From Octopus vulgaris (lineage: Eukaryota), in the NCBI GenBank assembly GCA_951406725.2, contig OX597830.1, forward strand, positions 51,522,001 through 51,586,000: a stretch of 64,000 bases of DNA, written 5' to 3'. The translations under genes were made by a program, and so were the position numbers. Below, in pieces: positions 41,446 to 55,136 of this stretch; positions within the stretch are counted from its first letter, which is position 1; every line of letters begins with the position of its first letter. The notes beneath the pieces were generated by a model. It ran no database searches. It saw only the letters and a program-made list of their open reading frames with translations, and had not been told where the DNA came from.

Positions 41446-42762
41446 TATGAATTAAAGCAATTTCATTTCCAATGTTTATAAATTATAGAAAAAATATTTT
41501 CTATAATAACTTTTGTAACAAGTGTTTCGCACATTCATCAAATGGTTCAATAGAGAATATTACTTTATTAATATTAAGAGAATCAGATATCTTAATGATA
41601 TTTTTGTTGCATTGACACACGGTCGGGATTTGTGAAGCAGAGAGTGGCTGACTAGTATTTTCTCGATAGGTTTGGAACTCAGGAAGAAAAATTCAAGGTG
41701 AAGGCATTTTGTCCGACGCGCTAGTATTTCTGCAACGAATTGGCAGACTTGTTAGATCAAAACTTTGTCTCAGAGTGAACATCAAGCTGCTTAGAGTAGC
41801 GTAGAAAAGGGCGTGGTGGTCTCGGTTGAGTAGTAAGTTGAATCACTGGGTTTAACTGACAAACTAGTGACTGACAAATCCACTTCAAGGAAGGCAACGA
41901 CAAGCAACATTTATGTATTCTCATGGATGTCCTGGGAGTCAGTTACCAGAGATTGTTCGCCGATCTAAAGGCGTGAGTGATCACTATCATTTGGAATGTG
42001 TTTTAGAGAATTGCCTGAAGGAAGAGGCTGTATATAAGACTGATGACATCGATGCGGTTTATGCTTAATCTGAACATCTATAAATTAATTTCCTCATGAG
42101 ATACGTGGGCAGTTAGAGAATACCATAGGGTTGACGTTCTGGTGAAAAGAAGTTGCGTACAGTTGTTAAGGAAGGTACACGAAGGTGTGGCTAGGAAGGG
42201 ATGACGACAACCGAAGTGATATGTGTGTCATGTAGATTTGGATTTAAGGCGATACGAAATTAGATAATTAAGGTGAAGTGCTTTGTATGAAACACGGCAT
42301 GGCTGAATACCGGGAATTTTTAGCGAAGGTGTGTTTACCAGATATTTCGACGCCCCCAATTTAGGATGTTTTGAGAAATGTAAGATGCCTATAATTAGAC
42401 TTACTTCCTGTAGAAATTTAAAACATCTCTAAGCGATCGAAGAGAAAATATCACTCAGCCTTATTTTATTTCTAGGTAGTCTTCATGCTTTATAACATGT
42501 TAGAACTAATGACTAGTTAAACGTTATATCATCGGTTCTTCTAATGAACCTAATCTCAATTCGGGAACTTAGCGGAAAAATTATTAAAAATTTTGTAGTC
42601 ATTATGTCCAGTGGTAAAATACACTCTGCTTCTGTTGACTTCCCTTTGCTAACTTTATGCCAAAATGTGAAAACATTATCTTTCATTAAAATTTACAATA
42701 AAGTTTTATAATCAACTTTTCATGAAAATATATGTCTTCTGTTTTATTTTCTATCCAATCAG

Positions 42763-42824
42763 ATAAGTCTATCTCGGTGACAATCAGCTTTCAAGATATT
42801 ATCCCGAAGTTGCTTCAAAAAGTA
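42763..42824 (+). CDS. Exon: start of SEA-like domain 2
   Basis: ccaatcag|AT ... GTA|gtaagt. 62 nt, phase 1 to 0. DKSISVTISFQDIIPKLLQKV. Confidence 0.85.
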
Positions 42825-42912
42825 GTAAGTTCTTGCATTTCCAAACTAAATTCTTTTCTTGGTATACAAAAATAATAATAATAAAGCGTTCTTTTAATAA
42901 TGTGTTTGTTTG

Positions 42913-42966
<54 letters not shown>

Positions 42967-43094
42967 TTGGGTGGGTGGGTATATGCGTGTGCATGTGTGT
43001 GTCTGTGTTCCTGTTTGTGTACACACACATACAATTTGTATGTTTATGTGTATAAAGTACCTTGTAAATAAGCCATAAGCCTTTACACACACAG

Positions 43095-43132
<38 letters not shown>

Positions 43133-43630
43133 CGCATACTTATAATATATACTATATATATATATATATACGATATCATATCGTATATATCGTATATGAA
43201 ACGCACAAACACATGAACATATGTATCTATACATGCGTTATATATATATACGCACGCACACGCATAGATGATATTAGATTTATATGCATATCTATATGCG
43301 TGTGTGCGAGTGTGTGTATACTTATATACATAGGCATATCTATCCATCCATCAATAACTACATATATGCACACATACATACATACATACATACATACATA
43401 CATACATACATACATACATGCGTGCATACAAATATACATACATGCACACATGCTTGCATAGATACATACATACATACATACATACATACATACATACATG
43501 CATACATGCATACATACATACATACATGCATGCACACATACATACATACATAAATACATACATACATACAAATATACATACATACATACATGCATGCATA
43601 CATACATACATACATACATACATACATACA

Positions 43631-43664
<34 letters not shown>

Positions 43665-44168
43665 GACCATCCTATTTCAAGTAATAGCGTGGTATTTACT
43701 GTCTGAGAGAAGTCAATGAACGCTTCGCATGATTAAGCTTGTGTGTTTCCGACAAGAAAAAAAAGTGTAGTAATTTTTTTTTCTTGATAGACATCACAAA
43801 TATAGAAATTTATGCAACTGAAGAACAGGCAGAATACGTATGCATACTTATTACTCTAGATATATATGTTTCTATTTCAGAGTACATGTATGTATTTAAC
43901 TATGTATGTATGCATGCATGTATGTAAGTGTGTTTGTGTGCATGTATGTGTTTCTGCTAGTGTGTGTGTGTATAAAATTTATTTTGTTTTCAGAGTTCAA
44001 TACTGTCTCGAACAAAACCAGACACAAATCTCTTCTGTTGAGGGAAGATTTGTAAACAAGTTCGTATGTGTGTGTGTGGGTGTGCGGGGGGGGTCTGCGT
44101 GCGTGCGTGCGCGCAGATGTGTATATATACACTCATATATATATATATATTTATGTACATAGGTATAC

Positions 44169-44221
<53 letters not shown>

Positions 44222-44737
44222 CATATATATATATATATATCTGTAAATGTAATATGTGATAATTATCCGAGTTTCGGATGCGGAGGAGGAAATCCACGCC
44301 GCCATGTCTTCAGTTATCCGGTCATCGGAAAAATACTATGAAATATATATATATATATAAGAATATGTATATACATATATGCATACATGTATATACATAT
44401 ACATATTTCTATATAAATACGCATGCATTTATGTGTGCATTGCGTATACACATTCACGTGGATGGATGGATGGATGGATGGATGGATTCTGATATATATC
44501 AAGCAGCTGTCTACTGACGAGGATGATAAAAACATGTAAGTGAATATTCCGGAGGGAAACTGCACTGAGGTTCGGTGGTTCGGGTGCAGCAGTATTTCGG
44601 ATTCCGTGTCACACAACATATCACACAGTATCAAACAGTGTCACACAGTGTCACACAGTGTCACAATGTCCCTGCTTGAATCTTATGTCAGAAGTAAACT
44701 GCGGAATACTTATATATATCCTAATGTAACAAAAACC

Positions 44738-44833
<96 letters not shown>

Positions 44834-44882
44834 ATATATATGTATATATAGATATATATATGTATATATATAGATATATATG

Positions 44883-44925
<43 letters not shown>

Positions 44926-44996
44926 AATGTGAACTCGTGTGTACCGTTGGCGATTTTCTTCCCTCTGCCTTCCCTTCTCTGCATCTTTCCTTCTAT

Positions 44997-45031
44997 GTTT
45001 CCGACGAAGAGCTCCGCTCGAAACGTTAAAC
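44997..45031 (+). ncRNA. Minimal hammerhead motif, GAGC-UCC-GCUC family, U4C core
   Basis: GUUU-CCGACGA-A-GAGC-UCC-GCUC-GAAA-CG-UU-AAAC. Confidence 0.62.
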
Positions 45032-45149
45032 CCTCCTTCTTTCCTTCTTTCCTGAGCGTCCAATAATACTATATTTGTTCCTCGTCCTCGCGTTGTTGTG
45101 TTTTTTTGTGCTTTCTTGTTTGGATTAACTTTATATATATATGTGTATA

Positions 45150-45204
<55 letters not shown>

Positions 45205-45241
45205 TTTTTGATTTCAATGAAACTTTTGTAATTTTTTACAG

Positions 45242-45306
45242 CTTGACCAATTCTACAAAAGTCACGATCTGCCAGGCTTTGTTGATGTACAAGTGGAAAA
45301 TATATC
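45242..45306 (+). CDS. Exon: SEA-like domain 2, middle
   Basis: ttttttacag|CTT ... TC|gtgagt. 65 nt, phase 0 to 2. LDQFYKSHDLPGFVDVQVENIS resembles the SEA pattern L..y...l.gf..v.V. Confidence 0.9.
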
Positions 45307-45748
45307 GTGAGTTAATTTTTGTTTAATAATTCTCTTGGCGTCGCCCTATGCCAGCGCTCATCCAGTAAACATATCTATAATCCAGGCATTTATATGTAAT
45401 GTTTGAATGAGCAATTATGTGATCCTTGCAGCCGTTAATCTGCTGAAATGCGTGTATGTTTTATACCGTTTCCCGTATTTTATTAATGCTGGCAGAACCG
45501 TTAGCACGCTGGGCGAAATGCGTAGCAGTATTTCGTCTGCCGTTACTTTCTGAGTTCAAATTCCGCCGAGGTCGACTTTGCCTTTCATCCTTTCGGGGTC
45601 GATAAATAAAGTACCAGTTTCGCACTGGGGTCGATGTAATCGACTTAATCCGTTTGCCTGTCCTTGTTTGTCCCCTCTGTGTTCAGCCCCCTGTGGGCAG
45701 TAAAGAAATATATAACTACACACACGCGCACAAGCACGCACATACACA

Positions 45749-45800
<52 letters not shown>

Positions 45801-46997
45801 CACATCCGTGAGTGCGTGACAGAACATCCTTCAACAGAGAACCTATAGCCCTCATTTATTTACAGGTCACAGACTTCTTTTTTATTTATTTATAGTTTGG
45901 CAGATGGTTTCTATTCCCCGTTTTTAATGAGTTATTCCTGAATGTTTGATTGCATCGCATAAAAGATTTTGTGACATTCAATGAAAATACTCAGAGTTGT
46001 GTTAAACGTAGCCAGCAATATGTCCAAGTAATTTTCTTTGAGACACCAACATATTTTTCATCTGATAAAATCAAATGAATGTATTACTCTATTTTTTAAT
46101 GTAACATAAAGAAAATGAAGAGTGTGGATACACATGCTCGCGCGTACGTACACACACATACACATACACACTCGCACATTTATGTATATATACATATCTG
46201 TATATAACATAAAGCAAATGAAGCATATGAACACAGAAATCAATTTATTTATACAAGTCAATTTCATGTTACCTACGCACGTTTCAGTTCCCACCTTCAT
46301 TCATATTTTACAATTTAAAAGGTAAAATTCTCTTCAATGCATAACTGACATACATATTCATGTGTGTATATGTGCGTGTGTCTGTGTATGCGTGCGCGTG
46401 CGAGTATGCATGTGTGTGCGTGTGTGTGCGTGTGTGTGTATCAAGTGTAATCTAGGAGAAGCAACAATTAAATATTCTGGTTTAATAGCCAACCCTGATG
46501 ACACTGCTACTCATGGAGAAGACATGAATGTCAAAAATTTCATTTTCTAATGAAGGGTTTACTGTTGTTAAAAATAATGAGCTTATGTTTTTCAATGATT
46601 CGCTCCACCGAAAGATCATAATTCACACTTCGCAGCACATGACATACATAAACAATAAAGAAATATTTCATAATATTGGCAGAGATACTTCGATAAGTCT
46701 CAGGGGTAAATAACCCAATTAGGTTAACCAACTACAACACTAGTGAGATAGAGCCGGCTTTATGCATCCAGTATACTAACGTAACCGACTAATTTCTGTA
46801 GCCTTTTGGAGCAATGTCACTCACCATGCGTTGTGTGTGCGAGTGTGTGAGTCCTGCATATGTTAACCTTTTCACTGCGCTTCGATAAATGAGACATCAT
46901 GTGAAGTCTTTAATGTCCCACAAAAGAAGGCTGTAGATATGAGCCAACACTGCGTATCTTCAACTTAATCGTATACAAATTTTTCTAAAATGGCATT

Positions 46998-47033
<36 letters not shown>

Positions 47034-47322
47034 GTGTGTGTGTGTGTAAAATAAAACTAGGGAGTAAATCCAAACTTACAAGGAAAATTTAGATTAAATT
47101 TTATATCTTTTGTATGTTATATTAATTATATGTATTTTTATGTTTTGGTTTATGTTTTTCACTGTTTGATTTGCCTAATAGTGGTTTTTATCTCTAATTT
47201 AATTTACATATATATATATATATATATATATACAGAGAGACGGACAGACAGACAGACAGGCAGACAGAGACATATAAATAGATCGATAGATAGATAGATA
47301 GATAGATAGATATATAGATAAT

Positions 47323-47450
<128 letters not shown>

Positions 47451-47682
47451 CAGATAGATAGATGCGTGCGTACACACAGATATATATGATGAAAGTTTAA
47501 AATTTATGGTATTTCATTTAAACCTTTAGTTACGCTTGCTCCCAAAGTGCGTGGAATGTATATTAATATTAACGAATTCGAAATATTATGATAATAATAT
47601 ATCATTATTATTGTAAAACATATGCCAGTCTTTCGAAAAAGTTTCAAAAGCAATGCATGCATGAGTGTGTGTGTGTGTGTGT

Positions 47683-47830
<148 letters not shown>

Positions 47831-49382
47831 AAAGGGCAATTAATTACCACTGACCAGTTACAGGAGGAGATCTCAATCAAAACTGAAACTAATCCAGTTG
47901 CTCCCTTCGTTTACCCTTGTCCCCTGTATTAATTTTAAGAGACTCTTGCGGCAGAGGTAGTTGACATCTCTACATGTGGAGGTAGTTGACATCCATGGTA
48001 ACATATTTTTGCATATTACACAAGCGCAACGACTTCATTTTTATGCCTCAGTAATTCTTTATGTGATCCTACAAAATACATCAAAAATATTTCAATCGTT
48101 TTACACTTGTGTTTCTAATTGTTGGAGTTGATGATAATGACGAGGATGATGTTGTTATTGTTGTAGATGGGTTATTGTTGTAGATGGGTTATTGTAGTCG
48201 CAAATGTTGTTATTGTTGTTGAGGTCGTTACTCTTGTTATATACGAGAGTTCGTTGCCCCGGCTCGTAAGCTTCTTCATGTAAGAGTTTTTTGACGGAAT
48301 AGCGTTAATCATTTAATAGTTTCGATATTTGCTCTTGCTGTTGAGCGTAGCGGTCTTCGTCCCAGAGCTCGCAAGATCGCGCCTCTGTAGTCCGAAACGT
48401 GGTCCTTTTGCTATTCGTAAGACCCGCAGAAGAGAAGGCAGGTCAACCCCCGACACCGAGAGCATCGACGGATGGATGAATGCGCATCCAGGCTCAGCGG
48501 TTGCGTAGGAGACAAGAAACAGGAAGAAAGAGTGAGAGAAAGTTGGCGCGAAAGAGTACAACAGGGGTCACCCCCCCCCCCCTGCCGAAGCCTCGTGGAG
48601 CTTTAGGTGTTTTCGCTCAATAAACACACACAACGCCCGATCTGAGAATCGAAACTGCGATCCTCCGACCGCGAGTCCGCTGCCCTAACCACTGGGCCAT
48701 TGCGCCTCCACTTGTTCTTGCTGCTGCTATTGTTCTTCTGTAGCCTAACGACCAAAGTCCTTTCAGCCATGACCATACCGTTCTTTTTCGGACATTGCAT
48801 ATTTAAAGATGCATTCTTTTCGCAATAGCCATATGACTACTTGTTCTGTATGCGGTCGACCAACTGCGTAAAGCTCTTTCGCTGATACATTTTACTGCGT
48901 TTTGATAAACTTTATTGTCTTGGAATCAGTCTTAATTTTGATTTGATTTTTTATTCTTTTAATCCTTTACAAGTTTCAGTCATTTGACAACGTACATGCT
49001 GGAGCACGGCCTTGAAGGGTTTATTTAGTCGAAAAAATTGAACCCAGAACTTATTTTCCAGTCCAGTACTTATTCTATCGCTCTCTTTTGCCGAACCCCT
49101 TAGCTACGGGAATGTAAATACACCAACACCGGTTGTCAAACGGTGATGGGGGACAAACATAAAGAGAAAGACACGCACACACACACATGCACTTATATAT
49201 ATACATATATAGGGACAATTCACACAGAAAAAAACAAAAGACGAAGACAGGTGGTGTCGACAACAAACAGATGTAGTAGTTTAACGCTCAGGAAGTGAAA
49301 AAGTCTTTAACGTTTCGAGCCTACGCTCTTCCAAAGAAAGGAACAAAGAAAATAAAGAATGTGTAGTGGCTAGTGATCATTC

Positions 49383-49420
<38 letters not shown>

Positions 49421-50282
49421 GCACGCACACATACACACACACACACACACACATATATACGACGGTTTTCTCTCAGTTTCCGTCTACCAAATCTACTCAC
49501 AAAAGTTTTGTCAGCCCGTGGCTATAGTAGAAGACAGTTGCCCAAGGTACCTTGCTGTGGGATTGAACCCGAAACCATATGACTGGGAAAAAAACGTCTT
49601 GCTATACAGACGCGTCTGCGTCTATATGCGTTTTGTATTAATTTATGAAGAACGTTCTTCTTTCTTTAGCATCGTACGGTTTAGTTTCAGAGGGAGTTTT
49701 AGAGCGATTTCTAGTACGTCAAGCTACCGTACCCAGCTTTCACTGTTGTGATCAGGTTTCTGTAAATGCTCATAATTGTCAGATAGAAACCTCTACACAG
49801 TCGATCGAGAGGCTAGAAATAACAGCCTAATCTCTATCAGATCCTTCTCTACAGTCTTACATAAGACACCATATATTAGATAATGTGGTAATGCAATTCT
49901 ACAATCTACGAAAAAGTCGGGATGTTCATATTGTTGGAATGCTTTTGATCGTAAGTTTGCTGGATCAGTTTTCACTGGGACTACACAAGAACAACAGCTC
50001 TTTCAGAAACAAATATGGAAGTCTTCACACGATCACTAGTCCTGCTCGATCTGGTTAAGCATAGTAACGGAATCTCCCTCAAATTCCACACACCGTCATT
50101 GCATATATAACAGCTACAAAAACGAAAACAGCCAAAAAGTATAATTCATACAACAATTATTACCTAATGAACCCTTCTTGTTACATACACATACACATAC
50201 ACACACACAAACACACAAACACACACAAACTTTCTCTCTCTCTCAAAGCACGCATAATAAATTTTAATTTTTCTTTTTACAG

Positions 50283-50458
50283 GAAACATGGCAACAATAT
50301 AACAGTGACACACCGCGTTAACTTCGATCGTTTCGTTGATGAGGACACTTTACGAAGAATAAGTCAAGTTCTTTTCCAAGCTTATCGCAACGAATCTCTC
50401 ACAGGAATTGTGTGGAAAATGATCAGTATACCGCATATTCACTACAAAAATATCACTT
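50283..50458 (+). CDS. Exon: SEA-like domain 2, C-terminal part
   Basis: tttttacag|G ... ACTT|gtaagt. 176 nt, phase 2 to 1. KHGNNITVTHRVNFDRFVDEDTLRRISQVLFQAYRNESLTGIVWKMISIPHIHYKNIT. Confidence 0.9.
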
Positions 50459-50497
50459 GTAAGTAATGCCTCAGAATTCACCATTTTCATTCTTTGA

Positions 50498-50549
<52 letters not shown>

Positions 50550-51102
50550 ACTTATAAACAAGGGCAAAAGAAAATAATTTCTAATGCCAAATATGCCGAA
50601 ACTAGACACGTTGTCCATAACCATATCATTTATCACAATAAGCACATTACTCAAAGAAAGCCGACAGAAATTTCTAAAAAATTCCGTTATTACCATATCG
50701 GACCCGATATCAGAGTTAATTCATAAGAACCTTCTCTTCGTCACAATGCATTTTTGCAATGTTTTAGCCTACAAATGACGCCACCCAGCTAGTTAAGCGA
50801 GCAAGTCAAAATTCCCCGGTGAGCGAAACATGGAGCAACGTAAAATGAGGCGTTTTGCTGAAGAGTACAACACGCTGCCCAGTCAGCGAATCGAACCCAC
50901 AATCTAGGGGTAGTGAGTGCAAGTGCCTAACCATTAGGTATATACTTTTTATTAAACCTGAAAAAAATTTCACAGACTGTTACTCGGAGTTTCACATTAC
51001 CGTTCGGCGGACATTTCTGTTCATACGTATGATCATACAACTCTACGACAAGCAGTAATGCGAAACTATGAGTAACAGTTTGTGAAGATTTTTCGGTTTT
51101 AA

Positions 51103-51686
51103 TAGTTAGTTAGTTAGTTAGTTAGTTAATTTGGCTCAAAAGCAAATAGCAAGGCCATGTAGGGGGACATGGAGTTAAGTACAGGGTGGTGTTCATGTAA
51201 AGAGTTCAGGCCACTTGAGGTCCAGGGAGGCTTTGAACAAAGCGGTCGTCGGCATCTTCACCATCTCATCTGGCAGATTGTTCCACGGATCCGCAACCCG
51301 GACGGAGAAAGCTCCTCTCCTTCGATTGAGATGAAATCGTCGCAGGTAGAGCTTTTCGGAATGACCCCGCAGCCGACGCTCCGGAGCAGGAGTGAAGAAC
51401 AGCTCTTTCGAGAGGTTACACTTCCCGCTTATGATGTTGTGGGCGAGAATGAGATCACCACGGCGGCGGCGTTTTTCAAGAGAATAAAGGTCGAGCGTCC
51501 TCAGCCTTTCTTCGTAGGACAAATTTTTGAGACCATGAACCAGGCGGGTAGCCAGCCTCTGGACTCTTTCGAGGTGCTCTATGTCTTTGAGGAGATAAGG
51601 AGAAGAGGCTTGAATCCCATACTCCAATATGGGTCTCACCAGCGTGACATAGAGTGGCAGGAATATGGCTGCTGTGAGCACTCCGA
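51103..51686 (-). mobile_element. 5'-truncated CR1-type LINE with a (CTAA)n tail
   Basis: ORF 51193..51681 has LVRPILEYG, LERVQRLATRLV, YSLEKRRRRGDLI and FSVRVADPWNNLP. Tetranucleotide tail at about 51103-51128. Confidence 0.92.
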
Positions 51687-51823
51687 ATGACCGTCGAATT
51701 AAAAACAGAATTCCGCGCGCTTTGTTGGCAGCATGGACGCACTGGGCCGAATAAAACGCATATTACTCCGTCTACGGTTTTTGAGTACGCTTTTCCACCT
51801 TGTTTTGCACTTATGTGCTTCCT

Positions 51824-51857
<34 letters not shown>

Positions 51858-52124
51858 TGTATGTATGTATGTATGTATGTATGTATGTATGTATTGATAG
51901 ATAAATGTGTGTATGCATTTATATACGTATGCATGTGTAATTGTATGTATAATTGTATTTATGTGAATTTAAACTTCTCCCTAATACCCACAATTTTATA
52001 ATGTACACGAACCATATGCCATATGTAGCTATCAAAATTATTTGTTGTTAATATCCAAACGTTCACCGTATTCCATTTAATGAACATTAAATTTCTTTTT
52101 TTTTTTTATTTAAATCCATATCAG

Positions 52125-52188
52125 CCGTTGTCTTTTGTTTCTGTGGAAGCTACACTTGTATACAAATAGAAGATGGATTCCTATGCAG
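52125..52188 (+). CDS. Exon: 4-Cys truncated EGF-like module 2
   Basis: Poly-T tract, atatcag|CC ... AG|gtttgt. 64 nt, phase 1 to 2. SVVFCFCGSYTCIQIEDGFLCR, paralogous to 36282-36348. Confidence 0.85.
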
Positions 52189-52377
52189 GTTTGTGAAAAA
52201 TATATACATACCTATATAGCTACATACATACATACATACATACATACATACATACATACATACATACATACATACATGCATACATACATATACCCATACG
52301 CATACATACATACATACATACATACATACATACATACATACATACACACACACACATAGATATGTACTTAAGGATAT

Positions 52378-52591
52378 AGGAGGGGTGCTGAAAAGTTCCT
52401 TTAAGGGAGTCACGAAAGGTCTGGATGGAGGCCCAAACTTCAGAGTTCTTTTACAGGGCTTAGAAAAAGTGAGGGCCGATGCAATAGGTATGTGAATCTG
52501 AGAAGGGATTATGTTGAATAAAATCATAATTAACTGATCCTCCTGTATTTTCTTTTACGTCAAGTTAGGGACTTTTCAGCACCTTTTCGTA
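52378..52591 (+). mobile_element. Mariner-derived MITE; second, 3'-truncated copy at about 16471-16668
   Basis: TIRs GAGGGGTGCTGAAAAGT / ACTTTTCAGCACCTTTTCG flanked by TA. Internal remnant of the transposase C-terminus (KCVNLKREYVE in the 16471 copy). Confidence 0.75.
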
Positions 52592-54111
52592 AAGATACAT
52601 ACAGACATTTGACTTCCGAGAGAAATAGGACACAGGGATATATTATAACATCAGACTTGTGACTAGTAGCGTGGCACCCGCAAAATGGGAGAATGAGCTC
52701 GGGAATGCAACAGAATGTTACCCGATAGCCATGCTGTTAAAAAAAGTAAGGGCTTTACCCTATCTATCACAGGCTCTAAATGCAGCACTGGCGTGTTCCA
52801 TATCGTTTGAGTCTATTCAATCTTCATTCACTGCGTAGATATCACTTATACAAGTTGCAGTGTATTCAGATTGAACCTGAAATCATGTTGTTACGAGATG
52901 AATGTCTTAAGCGCACAGCTACAGCTACATTTTATTCCAAACATAAACTCAATTAATATCCTCTCAGATGTCATATATGAAGCTATCATTATCGTTGGAT
53001 CTCTATGTCAGCATACGATACATTACTTGTCACACTGGCTTTTTAACGATTGAGACATTTAGCTACGTAAGTAATTTGTAAAACGTGGGTTAGAGATGAA
53101 AAATAACAGAATTAATCATTGAGTACGGAAAGAAAACAATATTACTCAATGGCTGGTAATATTTTAATTATTTCAGCAAGTGCAGGAGACAAAGCAACAA
53201 CATGTTTTAGTTTTGTTATGACCTCATTAGCCAAAGCTACACTTTGGCTCTACTTGTCTAAGTAGCAATGAGAAAAGCATTTCCATGTTGAGCAGTTAAG
53301 CAGTATGAGTAGGTTTCTTTTCCAGATGGATACAAAAGTATCTGTCTTTTTACAACAACAACTAGCACTCCGTCTGTTATGACGATGATAGTTCCAGTTG
53401 ATCCGATCAACGGAACAGCCTGTGCACGTGGCTGAGCACTCCACAGACACGTGTACCCTTAATGTAGTTCTCGGGGGGATTCAGCGTGGCACAGAATGTG
53501 ACAGAGCTGGCCCTCTGAAATAAGGAAACTACTCATTTTTGCCAGATGAGTGGACTGGAGAAGAGTGAAATAAAGTGTGTTGCTCCCGAGTACAACGCTC
53601 CGCCGGGAATCGAACTCACCATCTTAAGATCGCGAACCGAATAAACTAACCACTAAGCCACACCCCTTCACTGTATTTTTATAACACCTGATGAAAGTCA
53701 TAGTTCTCGACACAAAACTTTTCGCAGTTGAAAACTTGCTATCGGGTAAGACTGCGCATATTTCAATGATATTGTGTATCCGATGGTTAACTCTTCCCGT
53801 CTTTTCCTTCACTCTGTAGATTTGGGTTCTACATCCAAATAATTTATAATTTGGTAAATTTGATGAGAAATAACTAATTTAAACTGACGGTGGTGAGTGC
53901 CATGTTACCGAGCAAGTAAATACACAAGCTTTTGCGTTGCTTCGGGATTAACTTTGCCTGTAATCTCTCCGGATAGATAAAATAAAGTACCAACCAGGTC
54001 TGAGATGAATGATACCTTCCCTAAACATAGCTGGCATTGTACCTATACTAGAAACCATTATTAATTATGACACCATATTAACCATATTAATTATAACGTT
54101 CTTCTTTGTAG

Positions 54112-54143
54112 GAATACAACCGAAGACATCCCCAGCGGCTCCA
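54112..54143 (+). CDS. Exon: short juxtamembrane linker
   Basis: ctttgtag|G ... CCA|gtaagt. 32 nt, phase 2 to 1. NTTEDIPSGS. Confidence 0.85.
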
Positions 54144-54504
54144 GTAAGTGAAATAAACACATTCTTATTCATTCTATGATTAGCACCAGACTAAATATGT
54201 TCATTACTCTTGAAAGAATTACAATCAAAGCCCACTTTTAATAGTTCAAATAATTACCCAACTTTGAAATTTGCATGAATTCTTCCTTTGATCGATCAAT
54301 ATAAAAATCTTTTACGAATAACGGGAACTTAGCCTGACATGTAAGAAGAAATTGCCAGCATAACTCAGTGGAGTAAAGCCCATAAAACATATAGAAACTA
54401 GTTTTATATTGAGTCGATTTCTTACGACTACAACCCACAGCAAGCATGAGGCTGTGTCCGCAAATATTTCCAAAATTCTTGAAATCCGGTTCGTTATATT
54501 TCAG

Positions 54505-54634
54505 ATACTGTGACAGTTGTGCTGTCGGTGTTGCTATCATTGGTCTCAGTAATAGCAATCGTTCTGGGAGGACTCTGGTATTATCGAAGACATTATGTAT
54601 ATCGAAACAATTATCAAAGAACTGACCTAGACAC
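54505..54634 (+). CDS. Exon: transmembrane helix and start of cytoplasmic tail
   Basis: atttcag|AT ... AC|gtaagt. 130 nt, phase 1 to 2. NTVTVVLSVLLSLVSVIAIVLGGLWYY (hydrophobic) then RRHYVYRNNYQRTDLDT (basic stop-transfer). Confidence 0.92.
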
Positions 54635-55058
54635 GTAAGTTCAATCTATCTTCTACTTTATTCCTTCTAACTTAGTTTAAGATCTGCTAGATTGCAATAC
54701 ACCTGGTTTCAAACGATAACTATAAAAAAAATATTAACCTATTTGAAACCCGTTGAACTTCACGTCTCTATACCAATTACTAAAAGTGGTATGGCCTGCT
54801 CTTTTAAATAGCACCAAATAAATGTTTACTAATGTGGTGGACTGGCAGAGCTGTTAGAGTCTCACATAAAATGTTTAGGGGTATTTATTTTGGCTGTTAG
54901 AGTCTCACATAAAATGTTTAGGGGTATTTATTTTGACATATCATCGATGACAGGTTCGATCTTCATTCGTCCGGGCTCAATAAAAATTTATTAGTTTTTA
55001 GTTCCCTCTCTTTATTTTTTCTTCCTCTTCTCTCTCTCACTTTCTCTCCTTCTCCCAC

Positions 55059-55097
<39 letters not shown>

Positions 55098-55108
55098 CTC
55101 CTAACTAG

Positions 55109-55136
55109 ATACAGCCAACAAGATTGTATTTCGTAA
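55109..55136 (+). CDS. Candidate terminal coding exon (TYSQQDCIS-stop)
   Basis: Long pyrimidine tract then ctaactag|A. The phase-2 continuation reaches TAA. An alternative candidate lies at 60714-60723 (TIL-stop). Unresolved. Confidence 0.35.

Noticed and set aside
43994-44063. Possible exon after ttttcag (VQYCLEQNQTQISSVEGRF)
   Set aside because: It has a stop in the required phase 0, and exon 45242-45306 already bridges the frame with a size matching its paralogue.
51169-51690. 173-aa plus-strand ORF
   Set aside because: Antisense frame of the CR1-type LINE fragment.
53177-53262. Acceptor-like tttcag|CAAG candidate exon
   Set aside because: It has a stop in the required phase 2 and no convincing donor.
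53690-53720. CTGATGA hammerhead candidate (also CTGACGA at about 14316 and 44514)
   Set aside because: No properly placed stem II, GAAA box and stem I, so consistent with chance heptamers.
54850-54935. 43-bp exact tandem duplication
   Set aside because: Ordinary local duplication inside a decayed family B SINE.
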